Part shown: positions 33,417-43,506 of the stretch, piece by piece
How positions within the stretch are numbered: the first letter of the stretch is position 1
How the letters are laid out: each line of letters opens with the position of its first letter
Virus record (IMG/VR): IMGVR_UViG_3300020048_003367
Location: 1 to 64,000 of that record
Reading direction: 5' to 3' (one strand)
Origin: a virus
Length of the DNA stretch: 64,000 bases
The notes under the pieces: generated by a model
What the model was told of the DNA's origin: nothing
What the model saw: only the letters and a program-made list of their open reading frames with translations
The model's database searches: none
Translations under genes and position numbers: made by a program

Positions 33417-34036
33417 TTCGGTTTGGGTCCTGTTTTACGTTGAGTTTGTGCGGCCAGGCGTCTTGCTTCTGACCACGGTTTGCCTTTTAATTGTACACTT
33501 TTTTTCTGACTACTGTCAATACTCATTGATACATTTTTCTTTGATTCGCTTATTTTTTTCTTTGTGTCATCGGTATGGGTCTTCCCTTCCATACCAGATT
33601 TTAAAGTTCCGTTTTTCTTCTTAGTTTCAATTATTTTTTTCTTTGTTTCTTCGGATAACTTTTTACCTAAGTGTGCAATAGATAGATTTTTTCTATGCTC
33701 GATAGACTTTGGTCTTCCCTTCCAGCTCGGTGGTCTTGCATCATCTAGTATGTTTGTTAGAATTCCCGAACCATCAATGATCTTACCATATTTTTTTATA
33801 AGTTTGGACTCTTCGTCGTAAGCATCTGCTTCGTTAATGATTGAATCGAGTAGAATTTGAACCACAGGCTCTGCACCTGCTTTACGTAGATGACAAATCC
33901 TCTGCCATCGAAGCTTATTTTCCTTGCCACGGCGTTCTGTTAGATGATCTTTGTGGCGGTTATTTGATGTTTTACCTTTTCCTACATAGAACAACTCATT
34001 TGCTATCGGGTCGTATAAACCATAAACATAATACAT
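33413..34036 (-). CDS. GIY-YIG homing endonuclease with NUMOD3 repeats
   Basis: YYVYGL..FYVGKG..R..H, LTN, HTDDTKKKIS; AT-rich. Confidence 0.85.
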   Translation of the reverse strand: MYYVYGLYDPIANELFYVGKGKTSNNRHKDHLTERRGKENKLRWQRICHLRKAGAEPVVQILLDSIINEADAYDEESKLIKKYGKIIDGSGILTNILDDARPPSWKGRPKSIEHRKNLSIAHLGKKLSEETKKKIIETKKKNGTLKSGMEGKTHTDDTKKKISESKKNVSMSIDSSQKKSVQLKGKPWSEARRLAAQTQRKTGPKPK

Positions 34037-34077
34037 GATTGAATCTCCTCATGTTTATTTATGAAAACTGACCCAAA

Positions 34078-34290
34078 TTATTCAACTCCAAAATGTTCTT
34101 TGATAAATGCCGGAGTGATCCATGCGTTTTGTGGATCCATGTTATCTTCTACCAGTTGCGCACATTCCCGCACAATCAACTCGGCGAACTTTTGTATATC
34201 TTGGGGGCAGGTAGTAATGGCTTGAGTCATAGAGCCAGGGCCATCATAAATTTTAGCCTCTGACAAAAGTTGTTTAATTCGTTGATTCAT
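34078..34290 (-). CDS. MNERI family paralog 5 (dispersed)
   Basis: MNQRIKQL/KFAELIVREC/HFGVE. Confidence 0.8.
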   Translation of the reverse strand: MNQRIKQLLSEAKIYDGPGSMTQAITTCPQDIQKFAELIVRECAQLVEDNMDPQNAWITPAFIKEHFGVE

Positions 34291-34814
34291 AATGTTGAGT
34301 CCTTGTTGTATTGGTCCCAGTCGGTAAACGTTCTTCTTGACATCAAGCTATGCAGGCTGTGTGTCCAAACGCCAGGGTTTGTTGCATCAAAATCTTTGTC
34401 GTCAATCTTGATCATGGTGTTGTAGTTCCACAGTTTCACATAAGGCATGCTTATACGAATCTGTGGGATAAAGTTGCGATACTCGCACAAACCTGCTTCA
34501 TTAAATTCTTCCACAGCAGTGAAGGGAATGTCCAAGCTGCACAAGTATCCTTTGGCAAGAAAATGCCCAACAAGACCTTCCCAACGTGCCCATTCTAAAT
34601 TGTCTTTGGGATCAAAGCTGTGATTGGCTCCAAAGAAAATATGTTCGATGTGTTTGGATTTGTCTTGATAAGACGCAAAGTCATCAATCCAGTCTTGTAC
34701 TTCTTGCTGCTTAGGCGTTCCTACCACAAACAAGGTTTGTTTTCCAAATGCAGGAGTTCGTTCTACTTCCGTACCTGTAAAGAACTCTACGTTGTTGTGC
34801 CCTTGGCGATTCAT
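34287..34814 (-). CDS. Hypothetical protein coupled to dpdA-like gene
   Basis: FFTGTEVE, HIFFGANHSF, KIDD.DF..TNPGVW. Confidence 0.75.
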   Translation of the reverse strand: MNRQGHNNVEFFTGTEVERTPAFGKQTLFVVGTPKQQEVQDWIDDFASYQDKSKHIEHIFFGANHSFDPKDNLEWARWEGLVGHFLAKGYLCSLDIPFTAVEEFNEAGLCEYRNFIPQIRISMPYVKLWNYNTMIKIDDKDFDATNPGVWTHSLHSLMSRRTFTDWDQYNKDSTL

Positions 34815-36451
34815 TGTTGGTCCTGTTCAAGTTGATCAAGTTTGCTGTTGTCTAATTGTACACTATCTTCTAGATCTTGTTCAACCTCAGGTTCTTCGAA
34901 ACTGAACAGTGCATTAAATTGGGTACGAGCATTCATGGCCTTCTTGCCCTTGAATCCGCGTGTGCCCACAATTTGCATCCAGTAAGAACTATATGCTTCA
35001 ATTATAGAATCAGCAGTTTCTCGATCAGGTGCTGCAAAAATAGCTTCTACAATGTCTTCAAAGCGCTCGTAATTGCCACCATCTCTACGCATCATGGCAG
35101 GATGTTCACCTGCGTCAAATCGTCTATTGGCTTCTTGCACCGCAGTCAAGTGCATCCAAACATTGTGTCCCATGAGTAAAGCATAACTGAAACTGTCCCA
35201 ACTTGTCTTGCCCCACTTGCCGTTCTTGTTCATGCTGGGTAGCACATCGTACAGTTCGGGATCACGGAAGTTTTCTTCTGTAATAGTAACACCAGCTTTG
35301 GGCACGCCTGCATTGTAGATACAAATGTCCTTCATTGTGAGCATATCGCTAATAGGACTATCTTCCCAACGAGGATAAATTCCGTCTTGAACTACTCCGT
35401 CTGACCACTTGCGAGTGTCAGTTGAATACTTTTTGTCATCTGCACTAGGCGCCATACGATACGACCACTTTGAATCGTGCTCGTATACATTTTCGAAATA
35501 CACCTGTCCGTTTGCAGTTGCCAAGAATGGACTTGCACAGTCAAAAGATATGGTAAAGTTAGGGTTAACGTACTTGCGAACAGCTCGCTGAATAACAGTG
35601 AGCAGTACTGCCCACTCCAGTTTACTTGTGCCCAAGAAGTGCATCCAATCATGCTTTCCCTCTTGCAACAAGTTGTCGTAACGCAAGGCCACAAGGCGTT
35701 TTAACACCAAGTGTACATCACACATGTTCTGACCACCCATGCTCCAGCCATCAAAGTGTGTATCAGGATATTTCACAGGATCACAATAGTCCTTCATGAG
35801 CTGATACCATTCTTCTGCTGATGTATGATTATCACCTTGCAGCACGTTCAAGAACTTGGCACCACCGTTCTTGACTCCACGACGATTCTTCATAAAGTAC
35901 TCGTTGTTGAACTTGGTGGCTGCAACCGCTTGATCTAGCGTCTTGATACCGCACTTGTCACTAGCGTTCTTGTCATGAATAACCCAGGTGGGAATATCCA
36001 GAATCATGCCGTAGTCAGCAATGTTGTCTAACCACTTGAGTACGCCGTCACGTTTTTTCTGTGCCTTGGGACAACCAGAGTTGGCTTTCCAATCACCTTC
36101 CCACAAGCCCTTTGCAATCTGGAAACCTCCTGAGTCGCCCAAGATAAAATTCCCTGGCTCTCGGTTTCGGACCATGTCCTCACTCCAGTCTTGCTTGGCA
36201 AGATCCAAGTTAGCATGCCCTCCTGAATATAGGCTCCAGCGATAGGGGAATAACGCTTTGGTGGAGTTGAGCCAGTTAAGCTGTTCCATATCCGAAAGGC
36301 CTTGAGGGAATCTAGTCGGATCGACATATTGTTCATTCCTTTGTCTGCCTACAAACGTGGCATAGAACCCGCTGATAGCAGGCAGAAAAACGGCATATTG
36401 ACTCTGGCCGTCGGGTCCTGTTTGCTTGGCAGTTAGGTTATCTTGTGCCAT
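34811..36451 (-). CDS. TGT-superfamily base-exchange transglycosylase, DpdA-like
   Basis: GDSGGFQI, LDIP, VLQG, HFLG, SFDCASP, HN; deazaguanine gene context. Confidence 0.8.
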   Translation of the reverse strand: MAQDNLTAKQTGPDGQSQYAVFLPAISGFYATFVGRQRNEQYVDPTRFPQGLSDMEQLNWLNSTKALFPYRWSLYSGGHANLDLAKQDWSEDMVRNREPGNFILGDSGGFQIAKGLWEGDWKANSGCPKAQKKRDGVLKWLDNIADYGMILDIPTWVIHDKNASDKCGIKTLDQAVAATKFNNEYFMKNRRGVKNGGAKFLNVLQGDNHTSAEEWYQLMKDYCDPVKYPDTHFDGWSMGGQNMCDVHLVLKRLVALRYDNLLQEGKHDWMHFLGTSKLEWAVLLTVIQRAVRKYVNPNFTISFDCASPFLATANGQVYFENVYEHDSKWSYRMAPSADDKKYSTDTRKWSDGVVQDGIYPRWEDSPISDMLTMKDICIYNAGVPKAGVTITEENFRDPELYDVLPSMNKNGKWGKTSWDSFSYALLMGHNVWMHLTAVQEANRRFDAGEHPAMMRRDGGNYERFEDIVEAIFAAPDRETADSIIEAYSSYWMQIVGTRGFKGKKAMNARTQFNALFSFEEPEVEQDLEDSVQLDNSKLDQLEQDQQ

Positions 36452-37179
36452 TACTTGCTTTGCGCTGGAATGATGTAGTTGTAAACTGCAATGCCCGAGT
36501 CCACAGTGATCTTGGCAGCACCATCATTGCTGATGTAGATCTTCTTGTCACCGCTCAAGGCAAGAATACTCTGGAACTGTGCAACAGGCCAAGACCATGT
36601 GCGTGTGAGCGCACCAGTAACACCAGGATGAAACACAAAGTTACCAGCATGGGTTGAATGGTCACCAAAGAAAAACTTAAGGTCACCGTTTTCAGTCTTG
36701 GCCTGGAAGTTGGGTTCCTCTGCGTTGGCTTGTGCCTGCATGCGCAGTCGCTGAATACCTGCCACAGTTGGTTCAAACTCCACATGCCAGTTAACACCGG
36801 CAAACTTGGGCGTCTTGAGTTTGTCTATAACAATTTCTTCAGCCATAAAGCGATAGTTGTTCTTGAAGTCACCTGTGGCGTTTTCAAAATTGATACCATC
36901 TGGTGCCCCTGTTTGAGCACGATGTGTGATAGCCAAAGTGGCATTCTCACGGTACTCTTGAAGATTCAACAAGATTTTTAATTTGCTCAAGTTAGGCATG
37001 CCAAATGTACCAACAAATTCAGGAACAGGATTCTTGAAGTCGGCTAGCAGTACAACACTAGTACCATCACTAGCCACAGCTACAATTTTTGTTTCTTTGG
37101 CGGTGCCCACGATTTTCACAAGGTCAATACAACCTAAATCCAATGTGTGCTCAACCAAGTCTAATAGATAATCTCTCAT
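36451..37179 (-). CDS. Probable DNA sliding clamp (gp45-like)
   Basis: ~240 aa, C-terminal YNYIIPA, near polymerase; fold inferred. Confidence 0.55.
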   Translation of the reverse strand: MRDYLLDLVEHTLDLGCIDLVKIVGTAKETKIVAVASDGTSVVLLADFKNPVPEFVGTFGMPNLSKLKILLNLQEYRENATLAITHRAQTGAPDGINFENATGDFKNNYRFMAEEIVIDKLKTPKFAGVNWHVEFEPTVAGIQRLRMQAQANAEEPNFQAKTENGDLKFFFGDHSTHAGNFVFHPGVTGALTRTWSWPVAQFQSILALSGDKKIYISNDGAAKITVDSGIAVYNYIIPAQSK

Positions 37180-37218
37180 AATGTCTCCTTAATGTATAGT
37201 ATATAGAGTTTTTTGCAA

Positions 37219-38166
37219 TTAAGCAATAATTTTTGCCAGTGTTTGGCCACCTCTAAGTGATTCAATATCGCCAGAACGTTTAAATTCAAGCCAGCTTGTA
37301 TCACCTTGTCCGTCATAACTTTCCGCCAGTTCAAAACCAAGATCTGCTGCATGCTCCAAAATAAGACGTTTAGGCGTATACAACATCCAATTGCGCTCAG
37401 CTAGTCCAACTCCGTGCGATCGATCACAATTGTTGTAAGTCATGATCAAGGTGCCACCTGGTCTTAATTTAGCATGCAATTCAGTTAGATATCGTTGGAT
37501 TAATTCCAATGGCTTAAAGTTAAAGAAGTTGAACGCAAATACAAAACCAAACTGATTGCTGGGTAACTGGTTCATGATTGGACCAAAAATTGGACCAAGT
37601 TGACGATCATCAATTACATAAGGTCGCAGTCGACGTTGATAGTCAATAGTAAACTTCTGGATCGACGGTGTTAACAAATCCTGATGCGTATCAACCAAGT
37701 ACAACGGATCCATAGGCACCATCTCTTCAATGAATGTGTCGAGTCCGGGTCTCAACATCATGCCCGGCAATCGCCAATCTGTTAAAGTTTTAATACGTGC
37801 TTGCAACTTGATAAGGCTTTGATCATCTAATCTGAGTCTACGATTTAGAATGTAGTCGTTGGCGTCAACCAGCATTTCTTGATAAAATAAACGACTGCTT
37901 TCTCTTAGCATTTTTGGTTCGAGTTCAAGTATACGCTTTTTCAAACTGTTTCTCAGCTGCTCAACTGTATCGCTGAACTTGTCTACCCCAATTTTCAAAT
38001 CATTGAATTGTATATCCAGTACAGCATCATATGGATTTAGGTCTGGACGCTGATGCTTGACTGTGTGAAACACAGCCGCTAATTGACGTAGAGACTCGTT
38101 GCATTTGTCGGGCACATGTAACGAGTCTAGGACGTTTAGATAGTCAACAATTTCACTCAGTTTCAT
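37219..38166 (-). CDS. Class I SAM-dependent methyltransferase-like protein
   Basis: LP.NQFGFVFA, YL.E..KLRPGG.LI.TYN. Confidence 0.7.
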   Translation of the reverse strand: MKLSEIVDYLNVLDSLHVPDKCNESLRQLAAVFHTVKHQRPDLNPYDAVLDIQFNDLKIGVDKFSDTVEQLRNSLKKRILELEPKMLRESSRLFYQEMLVDANDYILNRRLRLDDQSLIKLQARIKTLTDWRLPGMMLRPGLDTFIEEMVPMDPLYLVDTHQDLLTPSIQKFTIDYQRRLRPYVIDDRQLGPIFGPIMNQLPSNQFGFVFAFNFFNFKPLELIQRYLTELHAKLRPGGTLIMTYNNCDRSHGVGLAERNWMLYTPKRLILEHAADLGFELAESYDGQGDTSWLEFKRSGDIESLRGGQTLAKIIA

Positions 38167-40832
38167 TCGAATGTAAACAATGATGTAAATGTATTTTCTG
38201 TGTTAGTAGCTGCTGCAAGATCCCACTCCAACACACCCAGCAAGTTATCAACTTTTTGATCAACCACTGTTGCCTCCATCAAACTATCATCAAACGGCAA
38301 ATCCTTGAACCACTGCGGCAAATGTCGCTCGTCAGTGGGATAGCCAATTGACGTCCAACCTAGTGCATTTGATTTCAACTTGCATACAATGGTCTTCATG
38401 CCATCTACGATCTGCATTGAGTAGTTGTCGCTGTGCATTCTGCGCATGGAGTTCCAGTTGAGTGCAGCCCGGACATGACCTGGCATGTTGGCTTTGCCTT
38501 GTGCTTTTTCTGCTGCACCATACTTGGTCAAGTTGTTCACACGCTTGGGCGAGCCTTTTTCCCAACCTGGACGCTCTTTAAAGATATATTTAAACTCGCG
38601 AATCTTTTCAATGATATCTTCACGGCTAACACTGGTTAGTACCAATTGCAGAATCTCGCTCAAGAAGTCTTGAATTACCTTGGGTGTATCACTACGCTTG
38701 AGGTCAAGACCTGTTACTTTGATCTGCCCAGGGCCATCTTTGTCCTTGCGCTTGCCTTCTTTGTCAATGATCATTACAGCATAACGCTTCTTGGTAATGA
38801 ACAAGCCGCGACTGGCAACCACTTCTCGACCACCCTTGATCACACTGCCCATCTCACGTGGCACATGGAATGCCTGCTCCAAAAAGCCTGGGAAGGACTC
38901 GTTGACTTGTTCAGCAATTGAATCATACAGTTGGATGCAAATATCCTTGCTCCACTCCATGTGGCCAGCTTCTACTTCTTTTTGCAACACAGACCAAGCT
39001 GAGAAATAGCACGAGTCAGTGTCACCATAAATGATAGTTTCCCCTACATGATCATATTCGCCAGTGATACATTCGTTTACATATGCATCCATGTGTTTAG
39101 CAATTGAACGACCAGTTAGCGTTGTACTTTGTCCGATACGCTTGTCAAAGAATCTGCAATGTGGATTAAGAATAGCACCATACAAGCTGTTCAAGTTAAT
39201 CTTCTTGACCAACTGCCGCTTGTCCCAGTATTCTTCTGCTGCCTTGTCACCGGAGTTGCTACATTCTTTTAGTTTGGCCTGCATGATCTTGCGTTCTGCG
39301 TACCAGCGTTTGAGCAAGCCGGGAATCACAGCTTCACGCTCGTAAGTAAAAATAGTACCGTTTGCACTCATAATCCAGGGCTGATCACTATCAAAGATCA
39401 TGTGCCAGATTTCTGCACCCGAGTGCTTGCTTTCTGTGCCGTCTTGCCAGTCAATCACAATTTCACTTCCGCGACTTTGTTCCATCACAGCAGTGTATTC
39501 TATACTGGCAAACAAGCCTTCCCAAGCATCGGCAAACTTGCCTCCGTTGGCTAGCATTTTGTCCTTGATCAATCGATCAGTTGCTGTGGGCCTGAGTTGG
39601 CCAACAATGGTTTCTGGTCCCATGTTGAGCGCACGAATAGTCGAGGGATAGAGCGAGTTGATGTCGATACTACCAATGTATTCGTGGACGCCTTTTTTGG
39701 GATAAGCAACATAGGCACCTGCGGCTTGCGTGTCTTCATCATTGATTCTTTCTTTACGGTTAGGAACAACAACGCCTCTTTCGTGCGCTTCGATAATAAT
39801 TGCTTGCTCGGTCACTGCCACAGCACCCATGGTGGTCTGAAGCAGCACAGTGTTTTCGTGGGCCAGGGTATTAGCCAGGTCCAGAAACTTCAACTTCTTG
39901 TCCAACTTGGCCAACAGTGCAGTATCCTGCCTGTTGTATTCAATGAACTTTTGGAAGTGTTGGTTATACAGCTGATCTAGTGTGCCTTCGAACTGTGTCT
40001 TGCGTTCATCCAGTTCGTATTCACCAATAGCATCCAAGCTGTAACTGTGACGTTCTTCATATGTGTACTTGCGATACAGTTGCATATAGTCCATATGCAC
40101 TCGCCCCACAAGATCATAAGTTTCTTGTTCCGCACCAAAACGTTCAAACATACGCTTCTTGGGAAACTGCCCCCACAAGCAGAACTTGCGAGTATCATCC
40201 TTGCTGAGAATACGTGTGGTACGGTTTACTGTGTAGGGAATGTCGTAGCCTTCTGAGTTCCAGCCACTCAACACATCAGCATCATCAATAACGTCCAAGA
40301 ACATTTTGATCATGTCCTCTTCACGCTCAAACATGATGGTGTTTTCAAACTCAGCAGCAATTTCTTGTGCGGTATCCCAGCTCAAGTGCTTGGGCGGCAC
40401 AGCAAAGGTGACCAACTGATCCAGCCAGTCGAGATATACTGAAATAGCTGTGATAGGATTGAACGGATCAGTAGTGGGCGAGAATCCTCGTTCGTTGTCG
40501 AATGCTACCTCAATGTCAAAAAATGCTGTGTGCAGTTTAGGACCTTCTTGGCCTTTGTAGTTGTCCTCTAAACAACGAAAGATTGGATTGATGTCCGATT
40601 CATACAGCTTTTTGTTGCTGTGTTGTTGAACCTCCTTGCGGAACTCTTTGCTGTTCTTGGTGCTGAATCTACTGACTGGGTTGCCATAGATGCTGCGATG
40701 TTTTCCTCGCGGGTCATCAAAGTAGAACACATAGTTTGCAGGGTACTCTTGATAGATACGAGCGCCATCGCGTCGTTCTACTACATGGATGCGATCGCTT
40801 TTGCGATCAAAAAGTGCGTCAATATAACTCAT
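38163..40832 (-). CDS. Family B DNA polymerase (gp43-like)
   Basis: FFDIE, GWNS.GYD, YN..D, DINSLYP, K..LNSLYG, YGDTDS, KKRY. Confidence 0.97.
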   Translation of the reverse strand: MSYIDALFDRKSDRIHVVERRDGARIYQEYPANYVFYFDDPRGKHRSIYGNPVSRFSTKNSKEFRKEVQQHSNKKLYESDINPIFRCLEDNYKGQEGPKLHTAFFDIEVAFDNERGFSPTTDPFNPITAISVYLDWLDQLVTFAVPPKHLSWDTAQEIAAEFENTIMFEREEDMIKMFLDVIDDADVLSGWNSEGYDIPYTVNRTTRILSKDDTRKFCLWGQFPKKRMFERFGAEQETYDLVGRVHMDYMQLYRKYTYEERHSYSLDAIGEYELDERKTQFEGTLDQLYNQHFQKFIEYNRQDTALLAKLDKKLKFLDLANTLAHENTVLLQTTMGAVAVTEQAIIIEAHERGVVVPNRKERINDEDTQAAGAYVAYPKKGVHEYIGSIDINSLYPSTIRALNMGPETIVGQLRPTATDRLIKDKMLANGGKFADAWEGLFASIEYTAVMEQSRGSEIVIDWQDGTESKHSGAEIWHMIFDSDQPWIMSANGTIFTYEREAVIPGLLKRWYAERKIMQAKLKECSNSGDKAAEEYWDKRQLVKKINLNSLYGAILNPHCRFFDKRIGQSTTLTGRSIAKHMDAYVNECITGEYDHVGETIIYGDTDSCYFSAWSVLQKEVEAGHMEWSKDICIQLYDSIAEQVNESFPGFLEQAFHVPREMGSVIKGGREVVASRGLFITKKRYAVMIIDKEGKRKDKDGPGQIKVTGLDLKRSDTPKVIQDFLSEILQLVLTSVSREDIIEKIREFKYIFKERPGWEKGSPKRVNNLTKYGAAEKAQGKANMPGHVRAALNWNSMRRMHSDNYSMQIVDGMKTIVCKLKSNALGWTSIGYPTDERHLPQWFKDLPFDDSLMEATVVDQKVDNLLGVLEWDLAAATNTENTFTSLFTFE

Positions 40833-40904
40833 TAGTCTCCGTTTATGGCCGGTAAGCCGTGTTGCTTGCTCGTAACGTGAGCGATCCGGTACTCGACGCA
40901 GTAC

Positions 40905-41168
40905 TTATAATGTTTTGCCCACAGTTTCAAGAATTGTTTCCAGCAATTCGTGATCCTGCTTGGCTTTACCAAACTCAGCCTTGTGTGCCAATTTGATAGC
41001 TTTCTTGAGCACACCGGGCTTGATCTCTAGTTCTTCAGCAATGGCCTTGATAGTATCATTAAGTCCGCCTGTGAGTGTTTCAATTTCTTGAGTCACTTGC
41101 ATGCCCTCGTTGATGATTTGAATCAGTTTGATCTTTTGATCGCCGTTGAATGTTTTTGGTTGGTCCAT
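40905..41168 (-). CDS. Small dsDNA-binding protein (T4 DsbA/GapR-like)
   Basis: Helical pattern IKAIAEELEIKPGVLKKAIKLAHK; promoter TTGACT-N17-TATACT at 41193-41221. Confidence 0.6.
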   Translation of the reverse strand: MDQPKTFNGDQKIKLIQIINEGMQVTQEIETLTGGLNDTIKAIAEELEIKPGVLKKAIKLAHKAEFGKAKQDHELLETILETVGKTL

Positions 41169-41228
41169 AGAAATCTCCTAAAGTAGTCAGCTAGTATAAC
41201 TGATACAGTAGGAGAAGTCAAGGTGTAT

Positions 41229-41337
41229 TTGCTCACTTTAGCCAATGCCTGGCGTAGCATTGTGTCAGGCAGCAGCCGCCTGTTGACGCCTGGAGCATAG
41301 CTCCTAACCGATAGCGACACCGGTCCCAAGGTGGATT
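41229..41337 (-). ncRNA. Compact pseudoknotted RNA candidate
   Basis: RC hairpins ACCGGT/ATCGGT, GGAGC/GCTCC, CAGGC/GCCTG, CAATGC/GCATTG; loop ACGCC complementary to GGCGT. Confidence 0.55.
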
Positions 41338-41339
41338 CT

Positions 41340-42134
41340 TTACTTGCGCATCTTTCTCAACAGCGTCATACCTGGATCAAAGTTCTTGCTCCAAGCCAAA
41401 CTTTCAACAGTGGCCTTGCCCATGATTTTATCATATGCAGGATCAGTTGGTAGAATCTTTTGTCCACCAATTGTGATTGGTTGTTTTGGAGCAGCCGGTG
41501 TAACTGGAACTTTTGTAGCAGCCGGTGTAACTGGTTTGAATGAAGTAGTAACTTTGCCATATCCGCCAGGGCCGGCAAAATTAGGAGTCTTTGCCGGTGC
41601 TGCTGGCTTGGCATATTTTTCCATACCGGGCATTTTCATTACATTGGCTGCATTGAAGCCAGCAGGTTGGGCAGCAGTAGCTGCTGGCATTGCCGGTTCT
41701 CCTTGACTTTTACGGTAACTGTTTACCTGCTGTAGTTCTGCTGCAGACAATGCCGGGCCACCTTGTAAGCTTGCAGTAGCTCGCTTTAATAAATCAAGTG
41801 ATGGTTCAGCAGTTGCTGCTGGTTGTGCAGCAGGCTTAGTGGCGCTTGGGTACACCTGTTGATTAGGATTCAATGGACTTGCAGCATGGCGCACTCCCCT
41901 GCCAGTTGCAATTGTTGCTCCGCCTGTGCTGGTTTGTGATTGTCCTCTTGCAGCTAGTTGTCTTGTCATGTTACCTATAGACGAAGCTGGGGCTATATTT
42001 GGTTCTGTATCTGTAACAGTTGGTTCATCAGCAGGAACTGGTGCTGGTGCCGGTTGCGACATTACAGCATACGGATTATTAGTGTAACTGTTGTTACTAC
42101 GTTTTGGAAAACCAAATAACTCATTTACTATCAT
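41340..42134 (-). CDS. Ala/Pro-rich hypothetical, possibly virion protein
   Basis: N-terminal MIVNELF; low complexity. Confidence 0.7.
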   Translation of the reverse strand: MIVNELFGFPKRSNNSYTNNPYAVMSQPAPAPVPADEPTVTDTEPNIAPASSIGNMTRQLAARGQSQTSTGGATIATGRGVRHAASPLNPNQQVYPSATKPAAQPAATAEPSLDLLKRATASLQGGPALSAAELQQVNSYRKSQGEPAMPAATAAQPAGFNAANVMKMPGMEKYAKPAAPAKTPNFAGPGGYGKVTTSFKPVTPAATKVPVTPAAPKQPITIGGQKILPTDPAYDKIMGKATVESLAWSKNFDPGMTLLRKMRK

Positions 42135-42135
42135 A

Positions 42136-42885
42136 TTATCGCTCTTCTATGTAATCTTGATTTTGTGCAGCAGCTTGAGCTTGCTCTCTACGCTTTTGAA
42201 ACAACTTCACTGCCATGTCAGTATGATCTAGGTTCTTGAATCTAGTAGGCATGCGTCTCTCGCCGCGACGCAGTTCAAACCCGTCACGTTCATTGCCATA
42301 ACATTCAAACGCATCACCGTCTTCGAGAGCATAAGTTTTTACTGGTGACTCTGCAATTGGTGCAATAGGTGCTTGCGGCGCATCTAGAGTTTGCTGCCCT
42401 TTGAGTTCAGCAGCATGGCCGGCTTCAGAGTCCATGTCAACATCAGGACCAAGTTGCTCGTCGTCTGTTGGATCAACATCTTGTTCTTCAATCTCGTCTT
42501 CTTCCTGGGCCCCGGCCTTGGCAGGATTTTTGTCTTCAATATCTCGGACTGCTTTGTCTTTGAGATCAGGATCAATCTTGAGCTTTTGTTCCAGTTGGTC
42601 CAAATATGTTGTTAGATCTTTCTTGACCTTGCTCAACATGTCTTCTTCAACTTCTTGCATGGCTTCTGCCAAGCTGTTTTCACCAACCATGTAGCCATCC
42701 ATGGGATGTGCCTGGTAAGGTTTCTTGCTCAAAGTAGGACTGATGTTTCTGGGTTTGAACAATGCAGGCAACTGTGGTACACCCTTTTGTTGCTGGTTCA
42801 AACCTTGTTTAACTGACACTGGAGTAGTTTTACCTTCTACTAGGGCTAGTTTTTCTAGAATGGATCTAATGTCTGATGAACTCAT
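42136..42885 (-). CDS. Acidic hypothetical, possibly virion protein
   Basis: DIRSILEKL..VE; C-terminal DYIEE (cf. DYMEE of 56976 ORF). Confidence 0.7.
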   Translation of the reverse strand: MSSSDIRSILEKLALVEGKTTPVSVKQGLNQQQKGVPQLPALFKPRNISPTLSKKPYQAHPMDGYMVGENSLAEAMQEVEEDMLSKVKKDLTTYLDQLEQKLKIDPDLKDKAVRDIEDKNPAKAGAQEEDEIEEQDVDPTDDEQLGPDVDMDSEAGHAAELKGQQTLDAPQAPIAPIAESPVKTYALEDGDAFECYGNERDGFELRRGERRMPTRFKNLDHTDMAVKLFQKRREQAQAAAQNQDYIEER

Positions 42886-43322
42886 GCTCTTTGGTCTTTC
42901 AAATAACTTCTCAACATCCAGCCATGCTTTTGATGTGCATCAATACGCGAGGCCAAAAAGTCCATGATGCCTTGTTGGTTTTCTTGTTCGGCTTCGCTAA
43001 AGCATTCATTTAGTAGTTCTATCATTTGACCATTGTTGGCCAGTAATTCTTCAAGCATGAGTCGGGCACGTGGGATTTTTGTTTGTCCAGAAATACGAGA
43101 TAACTCTGCAAAACGCTCAAAACTGCCAGGAGCATATTCGTTCAGCGCACGAATGTATTCAGCTGTGGGATCAATTGCACCATATACATCATCGTAGATC
43201 ATGTTAAAGAACTTGTGCAGTTGTCCAAAGTCTGGTCCTTCCACATTCCAGTGGAACTGTTGTGCTTTTGTGACAAAAGCGTACTCAGTTGCCAGGAGTG
43301 TTTTTAAAGCGTCCGCTAACAT
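42882..43322 (-). CDS. dps: Dps ferritin-like protein
   Basis: FHWNVEGPDF..LH, D..AE.IR, K.GWML. Confidence 0.93.
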   Translation of the reverse strand: MLADALKTLLATEYAFVTKAQQFHWNVEGPDFGQLHKFFNMIYDDVYGAIDPTAEYIRALNEYAPGSFERFAELSRISGQTKIPRARLMLEELLANNGQMIELLNECFSEAEQENQQGIMDFLASRIDAHQKHGWMLRSYLKDQRA

Positions 43323-43506
43323 GTTTATTCCTTTTGTATTCTTTAGGTGTATTTGGGGTAGGATCCGCATCCGTTACATATTTACCTGTCAGCAAACTTC
43401 CGCCGCCCCTTGACAACACCCCGCCACCTAATCCATTGCCACTAGGGGCTATGGCGCCAGACGATGTCGCCCCAGCCGATGTTTCCATTATTTCTCTTGC
43501 TCTCAT
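43285..43506 (-). CDS. Small protein with MRAxE N-terminus
   Basis: MRAREIME; SD GGAG. Confidence 0.65.
   Translation of the reverse strand: MRAREIMETSAGATSSGAIAPSGNGLGGGVLSRGGGSLLTGKYVTDADPTPNTPKEYKRNKHVSGRFKNTPGN

Noticed and set aside
33413-34036. Group I intron around the GIY-YIG genes (also 49741-50325)
   Set aside because: Flanking genes are complete and abut the ORFs, leaving no room for an intron core; these are free-standing endonucleases.
38163-40832. Intein or split in the DNA polymerase
   Set aside because: 889 aa with contiguous motifs and no intein signatures.
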